A stretch of 64,000 bases of DNA from Occultella glacieicola (GCF_004353825.1 NZ_SMNA01000010.1:1-64000); one strand, 5' to 3'. Shown: positions 39,244 through 50,169, numbered from the stretch's first letter. Notes: a model not told the origin generated them from the sequence alone. Translations and numbers: made by a program.

Positions 39244-40296
39244 ATGGCACAGACCAGCGCAGCAGAACCCTCCGCAGCCGCCGACGGCCCGGGTGCGGCC
39301 GGCGCAGTGGGACAGGTCCAGCACCAGATCACGATCCCCGACTCGATTCCGATGGTGGCGCTGCTCGGTCAACGTGACGAGGTGCTGCGCGCGATCGAGT
39401 CCGGGTTCCCGACGGTCGACGTGCACGTGCGCGGCAACGTGGTGACCCTCACCGGGCGCCCCGGTGACGTGGCGCTCGCCGAGCGCCTCGTCGACGAGCT
39501 CAGCGAGATCGCCTCCTCCGCGCAGCCGCTGTCCGCGGACGCCGTCGAGCGGGCCATCACGATCCTGACCGCGGCCACCGCGGAGCGCCCCGCCCAGGTG
39601 CTCACGATGAACATCCTGTCCAGCCGGGGCAAGACGATCCGGCCCAAGACCGTCGGACAGAAGGAGTACGTCGAGGCGATCGACCGGAACACCGTGGTGT
39701 TCGGGATCGGCCCGGCGGGTACCGGGAAGACCTACCTGGCGATGGCCAAGGCGGTCCAGGCGCTGCAGTCCAAGCAGGTGAACCGGATCGTGCTGACCCG
39801 TCCCGCGGTGGAGGCCGGGGAGCGGCTCGGGTTCCTGCCCGGCACCCTGAACGACAAGATCGACCCGTACGTGCGCCCGCTCTACGACGCGCTGCACGAC
39901 ATGGTCGACCCGGAGTCGATCCCGCGGCTGCTCGCCGCCGGCACCATCGAGGTGGCACCGTTGGCGTACATGCGGGGACGCACTCTGAACGACGCGTTCA
40001 TCATCCTCGACGAGGCCCAGAACACCTCCGCCGAGCAGATGAAGATGTTCCTGACCCGGCTCGGTTTCGGTTCCAGGGTCGTGGTCACCGGGGACGTCAC
40101 CCAGATCGACCTGCCCGGCGGCACCCGGTCCGGACTGAAGGTGGTGCAGGAGATCCTCGACGACATCGACGACGTCGCCTTCTGCGAGCTCACCAGCGCC
40201 GACGTGGTGCGCCACCGCCTGGTCGGCGAGATCATCGACGCGTACTCGCGGTTCGAGACCCGCTCGTCCGCGCCGCGGGAGGGGTGGCGCCGATGA
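39244..40296 (+). CDS. phoH: PhoH family ATPase
   Basis: [29 protein letters not shown]. Confidence 0.95.
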   Translation: MAQTSAAEPSAAADGPGAAGAVGQVQHQITIPDSIPMVALLGQRDEVLRAIESGFPTVDVHVRGNVVTLTGRPGDVALAERLVDELSEIASSAQPLSADAVERAITILTAATAERPAQVLTMNILSSRGKTIRPKTVGQKEYVEAIDRNTVVFGIGPAGTGKTYLAMAKAVQALQSKQVNRIVLTRPAVEAGERLGFLPGTLNDKIDPYVRPLYDALHDMVDPESIPRLLAAGTIEVAPLAYMRGRTLNDAFIILDEAQNTSAEQMKMFLTRLGFGSRVVVTGDVTQIDLPGGTRSGLKVVQEILDDIDDVAFCELTSADVVRHRLVGEIIDAYSRFETRSSAPREGWRR

Positions 40297-40745
40297 GCAC
40301 CGACGTCACCAACGAGTCCGGATACGACCTCGACGAGGCCGAGTTCGCGGCGCTGTCCCGGTTCGTCATCGACGAGATGCACGTGCACCCGCAGGCCGAG
40401 CTCGAGATCCGGTTCGTGGCCACGGATGTGATGGCCGAACTGCACGTGCGGTGGATGGACGAAGAGGGGCCCACCGATGTGCTCTCCTTCCCGATGGACG
40501 AATTGCGGCCCGGAACCGAGGACGACGTCAGCGAGGAGGGCATGCTCGGGTCGATCGTGGTGTGCCCGGACGTCGCCGTCGAACAGGCTCGCGCGGCCGG
40601 GCACTCCGCCGAGGAGGAGATGCTCCTGCTCACCACCCACGGCATCCTGCACCTGCTCGGGTACGACCACGCCGAGCCCGAGGAGGAGAAGGAGATGTTC
40701 GACCTGCAGCGCCGGCTGCTGCTGACGTTCCTGGCGCGCCGGTGA
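40293..40745 (+). CDS. ybeY: rRNA maturation endoribonuclease YbeY
   Basis: [19 protein letters not shown]. Confidence 0.96.
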   Translation: MSTDVTNESGYDLDEAEFAALSRFVIDEMHVHPQAELEIRFVATDVMAELHVRWMDEEGPTDVLSFPMDELRPGTEDDVSEEGMLGSIVVCPDVAVEQARAAGHSAEEEMLLLTTHGILHLLGYDHAEPEEEKEMFDLQRRLLLTFLARR

Positions 40746-42121
40746 CCGACGCGGGGCCGCTGCCGCTGCTGATCCTGCTCGCACTCGCCGGGGCCGGGCT
40801 TGCGGCGCTGCTGTCCGCCGGGCAGGCCGCCGCGGGGCGGATCACTCGCGCCGCCGCGCACGAGGCGCAGACCGCCGGCACCCGCGGCGCGGCGCACGTG
40901 GTCCGGATCGCGGAGAACCCGGCCGGTGTGACCAGGGCGGCGGGCTTCACCCAGATCCTCGCCGAGATGATGGCGGCCGTCTGCCTGACGCTGATCCTCG
41001 CCGGAGCTGTGCGCAGCTGGTGGGCGGTGCTGGTCCTGTCCGTGGTGCTGTGCGCGCTGGTGATGGTGATCGTGGTCGGGATCAGCCCCCGCACCATCGG
41101 GCGCCGCGATCCCGTGCGGGTGCTGGCCTGGGTGGGGCCGCTGCTGCTCGCCCTGGCGACGCTCTACGGCCCGATGGTGCGCCTGGCCGACTCCCTCGGG
41201 GCGCGGGCCGGGCGGACCACGTCCGAGGAGCGCGAGGCCGGGGAGGAGGATCTGCGCGACATGGTCGACCGGGTCAGCGAGAGCCACCAGATCGACGACG
41301 ACGAGCGGGAGATGCTGCACTCGGTGTTCGAGCTCGGCCGGACCATGGTGCGGGAGGTGATGGTGCCCCGGACCGACATGGTGACCGTCGCCTCCGGCAC
41401 CCCGATGCAGAAGGCGATCACGCTGTTCGTGCGGTCCGGGTACTCGAGGGTCCCGGTGGTCGGTGACAGCGTCGACGACCTCCTCGGGGTGCTCTACCTC
41501 AAGGATGCCTTGCGCTACGTCACCAAGAAGCCCGAGCGTTCGACGGCACCCGTCGACCGGGTGATGCGCGGGGCCGTCTTCGTGCCAGAGACGAAGCCGG
41601 TGGACGATCTCCTCGACGAGATGCGGGACGCCGTCGTCCATATCGCGATCGTGTTCGACGAGTACGGCGGCATCGCCGGGCTGATCACGATCGAGGACAT
41701 CCTCGAGGAGCTCGTCGGCGAGCTCGTCGACGAGCATGACGCGTCCGAGATGGAGGTCGTGCCCGACGGCGATGGCACGTTCGTGGTGCCGGCGCGGCTG
41801 CCGCTGGACGAGTTGGGCGACCTGTTCGGCCTCGAGGTGACCGATGATGAGGTGGACACCGTCGGCGGTCTGCTCGCCAAGGCGCTCGGTAAGGTTCCGA
41901 TCGCCGGTGCCCGTGCCGTGACCCACGGCGTCCAGATCAGGGCGCTGGACGCCACCGGCCGGCGCAAGCAGATCACCACCCTGCGGGTCCGCGCCGCGCA
42001 GCCCGCGCCGGCCGACGGCGGGGAGCACCCCGAGCCGGCCGGCAATGCCGACCAGGCACCCGATCCAGAGCATCCCGGACGTTCACCGCACGAGCCAGCA
42101 GACGAAGGACACCGATCATGA
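40742..42121 (+). CDS. Hemolysin-family CNNM/CBS/CorC domain protein
   Basis: TM region, [30 protein letters not shown]. Confidence 0.92.
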   Translation: MTDAGPLPLLILLALAGAGLAALLSAGQAAAGRITRAAAHEAQTAGTRGAAHVVRIAENPAGVTRAAGFTQILAEMMAAVCLTLILAGAVRSWWAVLVLSVVLCALVMVIVVGISPRTIGRRDPVRVLAWVGPLLLALATLYGPMVRLADSLGARAGRTTSEEREAGEEDLRDMVDRVSESHQIDDDEREMLHSVFELGRTMVREVMVPRTDMVTVASGTPMQKAITLFVRSGYSRVPVVGDSVDDLLGVLYLKDALRYVTKKPERSTAPVDRVMRGAVFVPETKPVDDLLDEMRDAVVHIAIVFDEYGGIAGLITIEDILEELVGELVDEHDASEMEVVPDGDGTFVVPARLPLDELGDLFGLEVTDDEVDTVGGLLAKALGKVPIAGARAVTHGVQIRALDATGRRKQITTLRVRAAQPAPADGGEHPEPAGNADQAPDPEHPGRSPHEPADEGHRS

Positions 42122-43029
42122 GCACCACCCCCGAGTTCCGGGCAGGCTTCGTCTGCATCGTCGGCCGGCCGAATGCCGGCAAGTCCACGCTGACGAACGC
42201 CCTCGTCGGTCAGAAGGTCGCGATCACGTCCGGGCGTCCGCAGACCACCCGGCACACCGTCCGGGGGATCGTGCACCGGCCCGACGGGCAGCTCGTCCTG
42301 GTGGATACGCCCGGGCTGCACCGGCCCCGGACCCTGCTCGGCGAGCGTCTCAACGAATTGGTCATCGGCACGCTCGCCGAGGTGGACGTGATCGCCTTCT
42401 GCATGCCGGCCGACCAGGAGGTGGGGCCCGGCGACCGGTTCATCGCCCGCGAGCTCGCCGAGGCCCGCACCCCCGTGGTCGCGGTCGCCACGAAGGCGGA
42501 CAAGGTGGCCCCGGAGCGGCTCGCGAAGCACCTGTTGGACATCTCCGCACTCGGCGAGTGGGCCGACATCGTGCCCGTGTCCGCCGCCAAGGACTACCAG
42601 CTCGACGTGCTCGTGAAGGTGCTGCTCGGCCACCTGCCCGAGTCCCCGCCGCTGTACCCCGACGGCGAGCTCACCGACGAGCCGGATGCCGTCATGGTCG
42701 CCGAACTGGTGCGGGAGGCCGCCCTCGAGGGGGTCCGCGACGAGTTGCCGCACTCCCTGGCGGTGGTGGTCGAGGAGATCGTAGAGCGGGAAAAGCCCCA
42801 CCGGGACGGTCGGCGGATGCTCGACGTCCGGGTGGAGTTGTACGTGGAGCGCGACTCCCAGAAGGCGATCGTGATCGGTGCCAAGGGATCCCGGCTGCGG
42901 GACGTCGGCACGAAGGCCCGGAAGGGGATCGAGGCGTTGCTCGGGGCCGCCGTCTACCTCGACCTGCACGTGCGGGTCGCCAAGGACTGGCAGCGGGACC
43001 CGAAGTACCTGCACCGGCTCGGATTCTGA
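42118..43029 (+). CDS. era: GTPase Era
   Basis: GRPNAGKST, QTTR, DTPG, KH domain VIGAKG. Confidence 0.97.
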   Translation: MSTTPEFRAGFVCIVGRPNAGKSTLTNALVGQKVAITSGRPQTTRHTVRGIVHRPDGQLVLVDTPGLHRPRTLLGERLNELVIGTLAEVDVIAFCMPADQEVGPGDRFIARELAEARTPVVAVATKADKVAPERLAKHLLDISALGEWADIVPVSAAKDYQLDVLVKVLLGHLPESPPLYPDGELTDEPDAVMVAELVREAALEGVRDELPHSLAVVVEEIVEREKPHRDGRRMLDVRVELYVERDSQKAIVIGAKGSRLRDVGTKARKGIEALLGAAVYLDLHVRVAKDWQRDPKYLHRLGF

Positions 43030-43129
43030 CGGTCAGGCCGGCCAGAGACCGCCCATGACGGCAGCCGACGTTCCGGCGGCTGGGCGCCGGCGCGACGGGG
43101 GAGCCGGCCGGACGAACTACGCTGGACCG

Positions 43130-44617
43130 GTGATCTACCGGAAACTGGCCGCCGTTCTCGGGCTGGTCCTCACCTTCGGTGTGATCGGATCCCTCTCCGG
43201 GCCGGGCTGGAACCCGGAGCCGCTGACCGAGGCCGTCGTCCCCGAGACCGCCGATGTGGCGATCGGCTCCGACGCCGTCACGGATCCGGTCGGCACCTAC
43301 GAGACCGCCCAGGAGACGATCGAGGTCGAACTCGACGGCGCGCGGGTGCTCGCCACCGTGACCTACCCGGTCGATGCTCCCGACGGGCGCCCCGGGATGC
43401 TGTTCATGCACGGCGCGGGCACGGCCACGAACCTGAACTTCACCGACCAGGCGCAGGCCCTCGCGAGCGCCGGGGTGTACGCGATGGTCCCCGAGAAGCG
43501 GATGGACACCTACACCACCACGGAGCGGGACTACGTGCAGATGGCCCGGGACTACCTGGTGTCCTGGCGGATCCTCACCGAGTGGCCCGGGGTGGACCCC
43601 GACATGGTCGGGATCTACGGCGAGAGCGAGGGCGCCTGGATCGCGCCCGTCGCCGCCGCGGAGGAACCGGACGTCGCGTTCGTCGTGTACGTCTCGGCGC
43701 CGGTGGTGCCACCCCGGGAACAGTTCGCGTTCGCCGCCGACTCCTACCTGCGCTCGGTCGGGGTGCCGGCGGCGTTGCTGCGGGCCATCCCACGCGGACT
43801 CGGCGCGAACATGCCCGGTGGCGGCTTCGAGTACGCCGACTTCGACGCGAGCCCCTACCAGCAGCGGATGCAGCAGCCGGTGTTGCTCATCTACGGCACC
43901 GGGGACTCCGCGATGCCCACGGTCCAGGGCCCCCTCCAGCTCATCGACGACATCGCCGAGGCCGGGAACACCCAGTACACGCTGCGCTACTTCGAGGGCG
44001 CGAACCACGGCATCCGGATCGACGGAGAACTCGCGCCCGGTTTCAACGATGCCCTGACCCGGTGGGTCCTCGGGTTGCCGGAGACGGCGACCGCCGAGCC
44101 CAGGATCGCGGGCGACCAGCCGGTGCAGCGGTTCCGGGCCGCCCCGGTGAGCCACCCGCGCTGGTATGCCGACGGGGACATGCTGGTCGCGTCGATCCTG
44201 GGGGCGTTCGCCCTGCTGGTGATCGGTCCGCTGGCGTGGGTGGGCAGCCGCCTGGTCCGGCGGCCGAGCAAGCCGCTGCCGCCACCACTGGCGCGCTACA
44301 CCGCGGCCACCGCCCTGGCCACGGTCGCGGTGCTGGTCGTGTTCGCCGCCTACATCGTCCAGGTGGCGAACCTCGCTCTGAACTACCGCACCGACGACCT
44401 GGCCGTGCACGGCGGCTGGGTGCTGCTGCAGGCGGTCGGGATCTTCGCCGTCGCCGTCGGGGTGCGTTCGGTGGCGGCGGGCATCAACGCGCGCCGCACC
44501 CTGGGCGCCGCCGCGACCGGCGCCGTCGGGCGGATCACCTGGTGGGGCGTGCACGTCGGTGCCACCGTGCTGTTGCTGATCGCCGCGTACTGGGGTGTGT
44601 TCCCGAGTGTGCTCTGA
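43130..44617 (+). CDS. Membrane-bound alpha/beta hydrolase (S9/S15 peptidase-like)
   Basis: N-terminal signal/TM, GESEG nucleophile, GTGD and ANH, four C-terminal TMs; TACGCT -10 box. Confidence 0.8.
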   Translation: MIYRKLAAVLGLVLTFGVIGSLSGPGWNPEPLTEAVVPETADVAIGSDAVTDPVGTYETAQETIEVELDGARVLATVTYPVDAPDGRPGMLFMHGAGTATNLNFTDQAQALASAGVYAMVPEKRMDTYTTTERDYVQMARDYLVSWRILTEWPGVDPDMVGIYGESEGAWIAPVAAAEEPDVAFVVYVSAPVVPPREQFAFAADSYLRSVGVPAALLRAIPRGLGANMPGGGFEYADFDASPYQQRMQQPVLLIYGTGDSAMPTVQGPLQLIDDIAEAGNTQYTLRYFEGANHGIRIDGELAPGFNDALTRWVLGLPETATAEPRIAGDQPVQRFRAAPVSHPRWYADGDMLVASILGAFALLVIGPLAWVGSRLVRRPSKPLPPPLARYTAATALATVAVLVVFAAYIVQVANLALNYRTDDLAVHGGWVLLQAVGIFAVAVGVRSVAAGINARRTLGAAATGAVGRITWWGVHVGATVLLLIAAYWGVFPSVL

Positions 44618-44752
44618 CCCTCCTGCCGAAGCGGGCACAGCGGTCGCGAGGCTCGCCCGCGGCGCCCTGACCCGCGGGGCCGGGTGTGACGGGCACCGGC
44701 TGGCTGCATAGGATCAGGCTCAGATTTCCCTCCCACGGATCGAGGAGTGCGG

Positions 44753-45616
44753 GTGCAGACTGTATGGGGCGTGGCCACCGATGCCGGTGGGCGTCGCAAG
44801 GCGAACGAGGATTCCGTGCTGGCCACGCCGTCGGTTTTCCTCGTCGCCGATGGCATGGGCGGGCACGTCCATGGCGCGATGGCCTCGGGCGCGGTGGTGG
44901 CGGAGTTCTCCCGCTACGCCGACACGGTCCGGCCCGACGTGGAGGTGCAGCCCACCGACGTGCAGGCCGTGGTGCGCGCCGCCCAGCAGCGGATCCGGGC
45001 CTCGCTGTCGAACGTGCAGGAGTCCGTCGGTGACCATCCCGTCACCGCCGGTAGCACCGCCGCGGGGGCGATCCTCACCCGGCACGCCGACGCCCCGTAC
45101 TGGCTCGTGTTCAACGTGGGTGACTCGCGGGTGTACCGGTTCGCCGAGGGCGCGCTGACCCGGATCAGCGTGGACCACTCCGTAGTCCAGGAGTTGGTGG
45201 ACTCCGGTGCGATCACCGACGAGCAGGCCCGCACCCATCCGCAGCGGAACGTCATCACCCGGGCCGTGGGCAGCGGGATCGACGTCGAGCCCGACTTCTG
45301 GATGCTCTACGCCGGCACCGCCGAACGGCTGCTGCTGTGTTCCGACGGTCTCATCAACGAGCTGAGCGAGGACCGGATCGCCGGCGTGCTCGGCGGTGAC
45401 CTGGGCGCCCAGGACGCCGCGGCGGCGCTGCTGGCCGAGGCCATCGCCGGCGGTGCCCGGGACAACGTCTCGGTGATCGTCGTCGACCTGACCCCCGATC
45501 ACGAACTGCTGGCGACGACCGCCCCGCGCGAGGGCGCGAGCGAGCCCGGCGGCGCGGATGACACCGTGCCTCGGGAGCAGGGCGCCGGCGCGGACCGGAA
45601 CTGGTGGTGGGCGTGA
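44753..45616 (+). CDS. PP2C/PPM-family Ser/Thr protein phosphatase
   Basis: NEDS, VADGMGGH, NVGDSR, LCSDGL, DNVS; GAGGAG RBS favours GTG 44753. Confidence 0.93.
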   Translation: MQTVWGVATDAGGRRKANEDSVLATPSVFLVADGMGGHVHGAMASGAVVAEFSRYADTVRPDVEVQPTDVQAVVRAAQQRIRASLSNVQESVGDHPVTAGSTAAGAILTRHADAPYWLVFNVGDSRVYRFAEGALTRISVDHSVVQELVDSGAITDEQARTHPQRNVITRAVGSGIDVEPDFWMLYAGTAERLLLCSDGLINELSEDRIAGVLGGDLGAQDAAAALLAEAIAGGARDNVSVIVVDLTPDHELLATTAPREGASEPGGADDTVPREQGAGADRNWWWA

Positions 45617-47613
45617 GCCTCGAATACGTGCCGGGGGAGTGGACCGGTCTCGCGACCGGGACCGGGGTGGTGCTGCTCGCGCCGACGGTGCCGTCGGTGA
45701 CGGTGCAAGCCGTGTGGGACGCGCTCGCCGGTGGCCGCCCGATCACGCAGTGGCTCGAGATCATCGCCGGCGGCGGTATCTCGTCGCTTCCCGCGTTCGC
45801 CCTCGTGGAACGCACGCCCGACGGCGTCCGGGTACTTCTGCGGGGCGACGTGGTCGTCGACGTGGATGGCACCGAGGTGGCCGCGCGCGGCATGAGCACG
45901 TGGCGCGAGGAACTGGTCCGGGCGACCACGGACATCGTGGTGCGCACCCCCGCCGCGTTCGGTGCGGACGGTGAGGCGTGGCCGCTGCTCGGCGGAGTCG
46001 TCCGAGCGGCCCGGATCCGCATGGACCTGGCCGACGCGGCACCGATCGCCTCCGGGGCGTCCGGCGCGGCGGTGGCCGCTTCCGCGGAAGCGGCGGCTGC
46101 GGCCGAACCGATGGCGACCGAACCGGCGACTGCGGCCGAGCCGGTCCGAGCTGAGCCGGCTCCGGAGCCGCCCGACGACGATTCGCTCGCCTCGGCGCAG
46201 CCGGTCGACGTCTTCGAGGAGGCCGGGTTCGGCCCGGCCGGCGGCGGGGCCGAGGCGGCGGATCAGGGCGACGAGGATGAGGGTGCTTCCGCGGAGGCGC
46301 CGGTGTCGGAGCCCGAGGGTGACGATGCTCCCGCGGAGGCGCCGGTGTCGGAGCCCGAGGGTGACGATGCTCCCGCGGAGGCGCCGGTGCCGGGTCCCGA
46401 GAGCGACGATGCTGCCGCGGAGGCACCTGTACCTGGGCCCGACGGTGACGATGCTTCCGCGGAAGCACCCGTGCCCGAGAGTGAGGTCGCTTCCGCGGAA
46501 GCGTCGGTGGCGGAGCCCGTGGGAGGGGATGCTTCCGCTGAAGCGCCCGCGCCCGCCGACGGCAGCGACGCCGACCCGCTCGAGCACGAGACCTACGTGG
46601 GCCCGGTTCCGGACATCGCGGCGCCCGGGGCGATCGAGTCGGGTGCGCCCGACGGGCCCGAACAGCACGACCCCGACCGCGGTGTGCCCGAGCACGATGT
46701 CCCCGAGCACGATGTCCCCGAGCACGGCGGCCCTGTACCCGGCGGCTCCGCACCCGAGCCGCCAGCGGACGAGAACCCCGAGCCCGAGGTTCCCGAGCCA
46801 GGCATCTCCGAGCCCGAGGTCGCCGAGCCCGAGGCCCCCGCCGCCCCCGAGGACCCGGCGACCGACGCCCCGCCGCCACCCACCCCGGTGCCGCCGCAAC
46901 CACCGGCCGGCACCCCGACCGCGGAGTACGAACAGGTCGGACCGGTCAGCAGCGGGCTGATCGACTCGCTCCCCTGGAACATGCCGAACGCCCGCGAAGC
47001 GGACGCAGCGGCGCAGCCGCCGGCGCCCAGCCCGGTCCCCACGTTCGACCCGCCGTCCGAGCGGGACTCCGCTCCGCCGTCGTCCGCCGGTGACGCCGAG
47101 ATCGAGGGCGACCATGACGGCGAGACGATCCTGGTCTCCCACCTGCGCACCGCCTACGCCCAGGACGCCGCCGACGCGGTACCCGACCAGCCGCCGTCGG
47201 CCACGATCGTGCCCGGCGTCGCCGACGACGCGCTGTACGACGAACCCCGCCCGATGATCATGCTCGGGGTCTCCAGCGGCCCGCGGGTACCGCTCGACCG
47301 GGTCGTCCTGATCGGGCGGGCACCGGAGTCCTCGCGGTTCGCGGGATCGCTGATGCCGCGCCTGGTGACCGTCCCGAGCCCGCAGCAGGACATCTCCCGC
47401 ACCCACGTCGAGGTCCGCCTGGAGGGCGACCATGTGGTGGTCACGGACCTGCGGTCCACGAACGGCACGCTGGTCGCCGTGCCCGGCAACGACCCGCGCC
47501 GGCTGCACCCGGGCGAGGGCGTGCCGGTCCCGGTGGGCTCCCTGATCGACCTCGGCGACGGCATCACCATCTCCGTCGAGAGTGCCGGTCGGGCCCACGG
47601 ACAGGGCCACTAG
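45613..47613 (+). CDS. FHA-domain protein with uncharacterised N-terminal domain and acidic Pro-rich repetitive linker
   Basis: C-terminal IGRAP...ISRTH...DLRSTNGT; GTGA overlap with PP2C. Confidence 0.9.
   Translation: MSLEYVPGEWTGLATGTGVVLLAPTVPSVTVQAVWDALAGGRPITQWLEIIAGGGISSLPAFALVERTPDGVRVLLRGDVVVDVDGTEVAARGMSTWREELVRATTDIVVRTPAAFGADGEAWPLLGGVVRAARIRMDLADAAPIASGASGAAVAASAEAAAAAEPMATEPATAAEPVRAEPAPEPPDDDSLASAQPVDVFEEAGFGPAGGGAEAADQGDEDEGASAEAPVSEPEGDDAPAEAPVSEPEGDDAPAEAPVPGPESDDAAAEAPVPGPDGDDASAEAPVPESEVASAEASVAEPVGGDASAEAPAPADGSDADPLEHETYVGPVPDIAAPGAIESGAPDGPEQHDPDRGVPEHDVPEHDVPEHGGPVPGGSAPEPPADENPEPEVPEPGISEPEVAEPEAPAAPEDPATDAPPPPTPVPPQPPAGTPTAEYEQVGPVSSGLIDSLPWNMPNAREADAAAQPPAPSPVPTFDPPSERDSAPPSSAGDAEIEGDHDGETILVSHLRTAYAQDAADAVPDQPPSATIVPGVADDALYDEPRPMIMLGVSSGPRVPLDRVVLIGRAPESSRFAGSLMPRLVTVPSPQQDISRTHVEVRLEGDHVVVTDLRSTNGTLVAVPGNDPRRLHPGEGVPVPVGSLIDLGDGITISVESAGRAHGQGH
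46285..46550 (+). repeat. Coding 42-bp tandem repeat (AxAEAPVxxPEGDD), about 6.5 copies
   Basis: Units at 46285, 46327, 46369, 46411, 46453, 46489, 46531. Confidence 0.85.
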
Positions 47614-49260
47614 GTGGCGGGCCGCCGGCCGCCGTCGCCACCTCCCGAGATCGCGGGCTACACCCACGAACGCCTGGTCGGCTCGGGTGGCTTCGCCGAC
47701 GTCTTCCTCTACACCCAGCACCTGCCGCGCCGGCCTGTGGCGGTCAAGGTGATGCTCGCGCACGCCACCAGTCCGCAGGCACGCGAGCAGTTCGTGGCCG
47801 AGGCGAACGTGATGGCGCAGCTGTCCACGCACCCCTCGATCGTGACCATCTACCACGCGGACACCGCCCCCGACGCGCGCCCGTTCCTGGTGATGGAGTA
47901 CTGCCCGCGCCCGAACCTGTCGGTGCGCTACCGCACCGAGCGGATCGGGGTCGCCGAGGCGCTGCGGATCGGGGTCCGGCTCGCCGGTGCCATCGAGACC
48001 GCGCACCGGGCCGGGATCCTGCACCGTGACATCAAGCCCGCGAACGTGCTCACCACCGACTACGGGTGGCCCGCCCTGACCGACTTCGGCATCTCCGTGG
48101 CCACCGACGCGGTCGAGGAGACGGACACCATCGGCCTGTCGATCCCGTGGGCGGCGCCGGAATTCTTCTCCGAGGGCGCCGAGCGCGGCGTGGCCGGCGA
48201 CATCTACTCACTCAGCGCCACGATCTACACCCTGCTCGCAGGGCGGTCGCCGTTCGAACGCGAGGGCGGCCCGAACGGCGCCCTGGACCTGATCACGCGG
48301 ATCGAGCGGGACCCGGTGCCGGTGATCGGCCGCGACGACGTCCCCGACTCCCTGAGCCAGGTCCTGGCCCGCGGCATGGCCAAGGCGGCGCGCGACCGGT
48401 ACGCCACCGCCGCCGACCTGGCCCGGGCGATCCAGCGGGTCGAGCAGGAGTTGCGGCTCTCGCAGACCAGCCTGGACGTGCCGGACACGTCCTGGATCCA
48501 CGTGCCGGAGAACGTCGGCGAGGACCTGCGCACCCGGGCCCGCTCGGTCGTCACGGTCGCCCCGGAGGCCCCGCCGACCACGGGCGACCCACTGGCGGGG
48601 GAACGCACGGTGCTGCGTCCGCAGGTGGTCCCGCAGGCACCGCCCGACGGCGGAGCGCTCCGCCCGCAGGCCCCGCACCCGGGCGGGGGGCCGGGTGGGT
48701 ACGCCCCGGCGGGCGCGCCCGGTCAGCAGGGCGGCGGCCCCTCGGGGCTGGCGCCGCCCGGGACCGGGCCGTCGGCAAGCGAACCGGGCCACGGCGCTCC
48801 GGGCGGACCCGGCGGGGCGAGCGGACCGGGACCGCGCCGTCGGTGGCCCGTGTGGGCCGCCGTGGGTGGCGTGATCGCGGTCGTCGGCACCGGCGTCATC
48901 ATCGGCGCCCTGAACGCCCCGGACCCGCCCGAGCCGACGCCCACAGCGACCACGACGATGCCCCCGGACGACCCGAGCGCCGCCGCGCACCCGCCGGCGC
49001 CGGAGGACGTCAGCGGCACCCGGGATCCGGACGGGACCATCACGTTCAGCTGGGCGCCCGTCGAGGCCGACGCCGAGATCACCTACGTCTGGACCTACAC
49101 CCGGGGGGCTCCGGCGGAGGACTCCGGGGGGGCCCAGGAGACGTTCGGGGCGACGTCGGTGAACGTGCCCGATTCCGCGGACTATGTTTGTATCAGTGTG
49201 CTCTCGGTCTATACGGAGAGCCGTTCCGTTTCGAATGAGAGTGTTGAAGGATGCGCGTAG
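47614..49260 (+). CDS. Transmembrane Ser/Thr protein kinase with FN3-like extracellular domain
   Basis: GSGGFADV, VAVK, HRDIKPAN, DFG, APE; one TM; C-terminal beta-rich domain with 2 Cys. Confidence 0.94.
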   Translation: MAGRRPPSPPPEIAGYTHERLVGSGGFADVFLYTQHLPRRPVAVKVMLAHATSPQAREQFVAEANVMAQLSTHPSIVTIYHADTAPDARPFLVMEYCPRPNLSVRYRTERIGVAEALRIGVRLAGAIETAHRAGILHRDIKPANVLTTDYGWPALTDFGISVATDAVEETDTIGLSIPWAAPEFFSEGAERGVAGDIYSLSATIYTLLAGRSPFEREGGPNGALDLITRIERDPVPVIGRDDVPDSLSQVLARGMAKAARDRYATAADLARAIQRVEQELRLSQTSLDVPDTSWIHVPENVGEDLRTRARSVVTVAPEAPPTTGDPLAGERTVLRPQVVPQAPPDGGALRPQAPHPGGGPGGYAPAGAPGQQGGGPSGLAPPGTGPSASEPGHGAPGGPGGASGPGPRRRWPVWAAVGGVIAVVGTGVIIGALNAPDPPEPTPTATTTMPPDDPSAAAHPPAPEDVSGTRDPDGTITFSWAPVEADAEITYVWTYTRGAPAEDSGGAQETFGATSVNVPDSADYVCISVLSVYTESRSVSNESVEGCA

Positions 49261-49285
49261 TTCGGCGCAACGAAGGGGGCCTTGG

Positions 49286-50026
49286 ATGAGCATGCAGGTC
49301 GAGTTCTGCGGCGAATGGTTCGGGGTCGAGGAGGACGACACCTTCCAGATCGGTCGTGAGGGGAACCTCGAGATCGACGACAACCCGTACCTGCACCGCC
49401 GGTTCCTGACGATCTCCCACCACGACGACCTCTGGTGGCTGGAGAACGTCGGCAGCCGGCTGTCCGCGACGGTCTCCGACTCCGACGGCAACATGCAGGC
49501 CTGGCTCGCCCCCGGGGCGCGGCTCCCGTTGGTGTTCGCGCACACCACGGTGTTGTTCACGGCCGGCCCGACCACCTACGAGCTGGGCATCGTCGGGGAC
49601 TCGCCGGCGTTCGAGTCCTCCACGCCGGAGCGCACCCAGGTCGGGGAGACCACCATCGGCCCGGTCACGCTCACCGACTCCCAGAAGCTGCTCATCATCG
49701 CGCTCGCCGAGCCGGTGCTGCGTGGCCGCGGCTCGACGGCGTCCATCCCCACCTCCGCGCAGGCTGCGGCCCGGCTCGGCTGGGTGATCACCCGGTTCAA
49801 CCGGAAGTTGGACAACGTCTGCGAGAAGCTCTCCCGGCACGGCGTTCGCGGGCTGCGCGGCGGGCAGCAGCAACTGGCAGTGAACCGGCGGGCGCGGCTC
49901 GTCGAACACGCCGTCGCGTCCCGGATCGTGGTGGCGGCGGACCTGGAACTCCTCGAGGCCAACGCCGAGGCGGCCGTCGCCGAGAAGGTGGAGAAGGAGA
50001 GCGCGAGCGCCGCCAGCGGCGCCTGA
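49286..50026 (+). CDS. Hypothetical protein, degenerate FHA-like N-terminus plus probable HTH C-terminus
   Basis: FQIGREG...LHRRF...LENVGS; LTDSQ...TSAQAAARLGW...KLDNVCEKL. Confidence 0.75.
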   Translation: MSMQVEFCGEWFGVEEDDTFQIGREGNLEIDDNPYLHRRFLTISHHDDLWWLENVGSRLSATVSDSDGNMQAWLAPGARLPLVFAHTTVLFTAGPTTYELGIVGDSPAFESSTPERTQVGETTIGPVTLTDSQKLLIIALAEPVLRGRGSTASIPTSAQAAARLGWVITRFNRKLDNVCEKLSRHGVRGLRGGQQQLAVNRRARLVEHAVASRIVVAADLELLEANAEAAVAEKVEKESASAASGA

Positions 50027-50169
50027 TCGACCGGTCCGAGGGTCAGGTGTGGCCCATGTCGCATCAGTTGGTGCGATCTCACCATGGGCTCATTCAGGTG
50101 CGGCAGGTACCCTGACCCCGGGGACACGGCCGGTCCTCCACTTCATCCTGTAACTGCGGGGGCAGCATC

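Noticed and set aside
40742..42121. Hemolysin toxin
   Set aside because: CNNM/CorC-type protein in the conserved phoH-ybeY-era operon; the family name is historical
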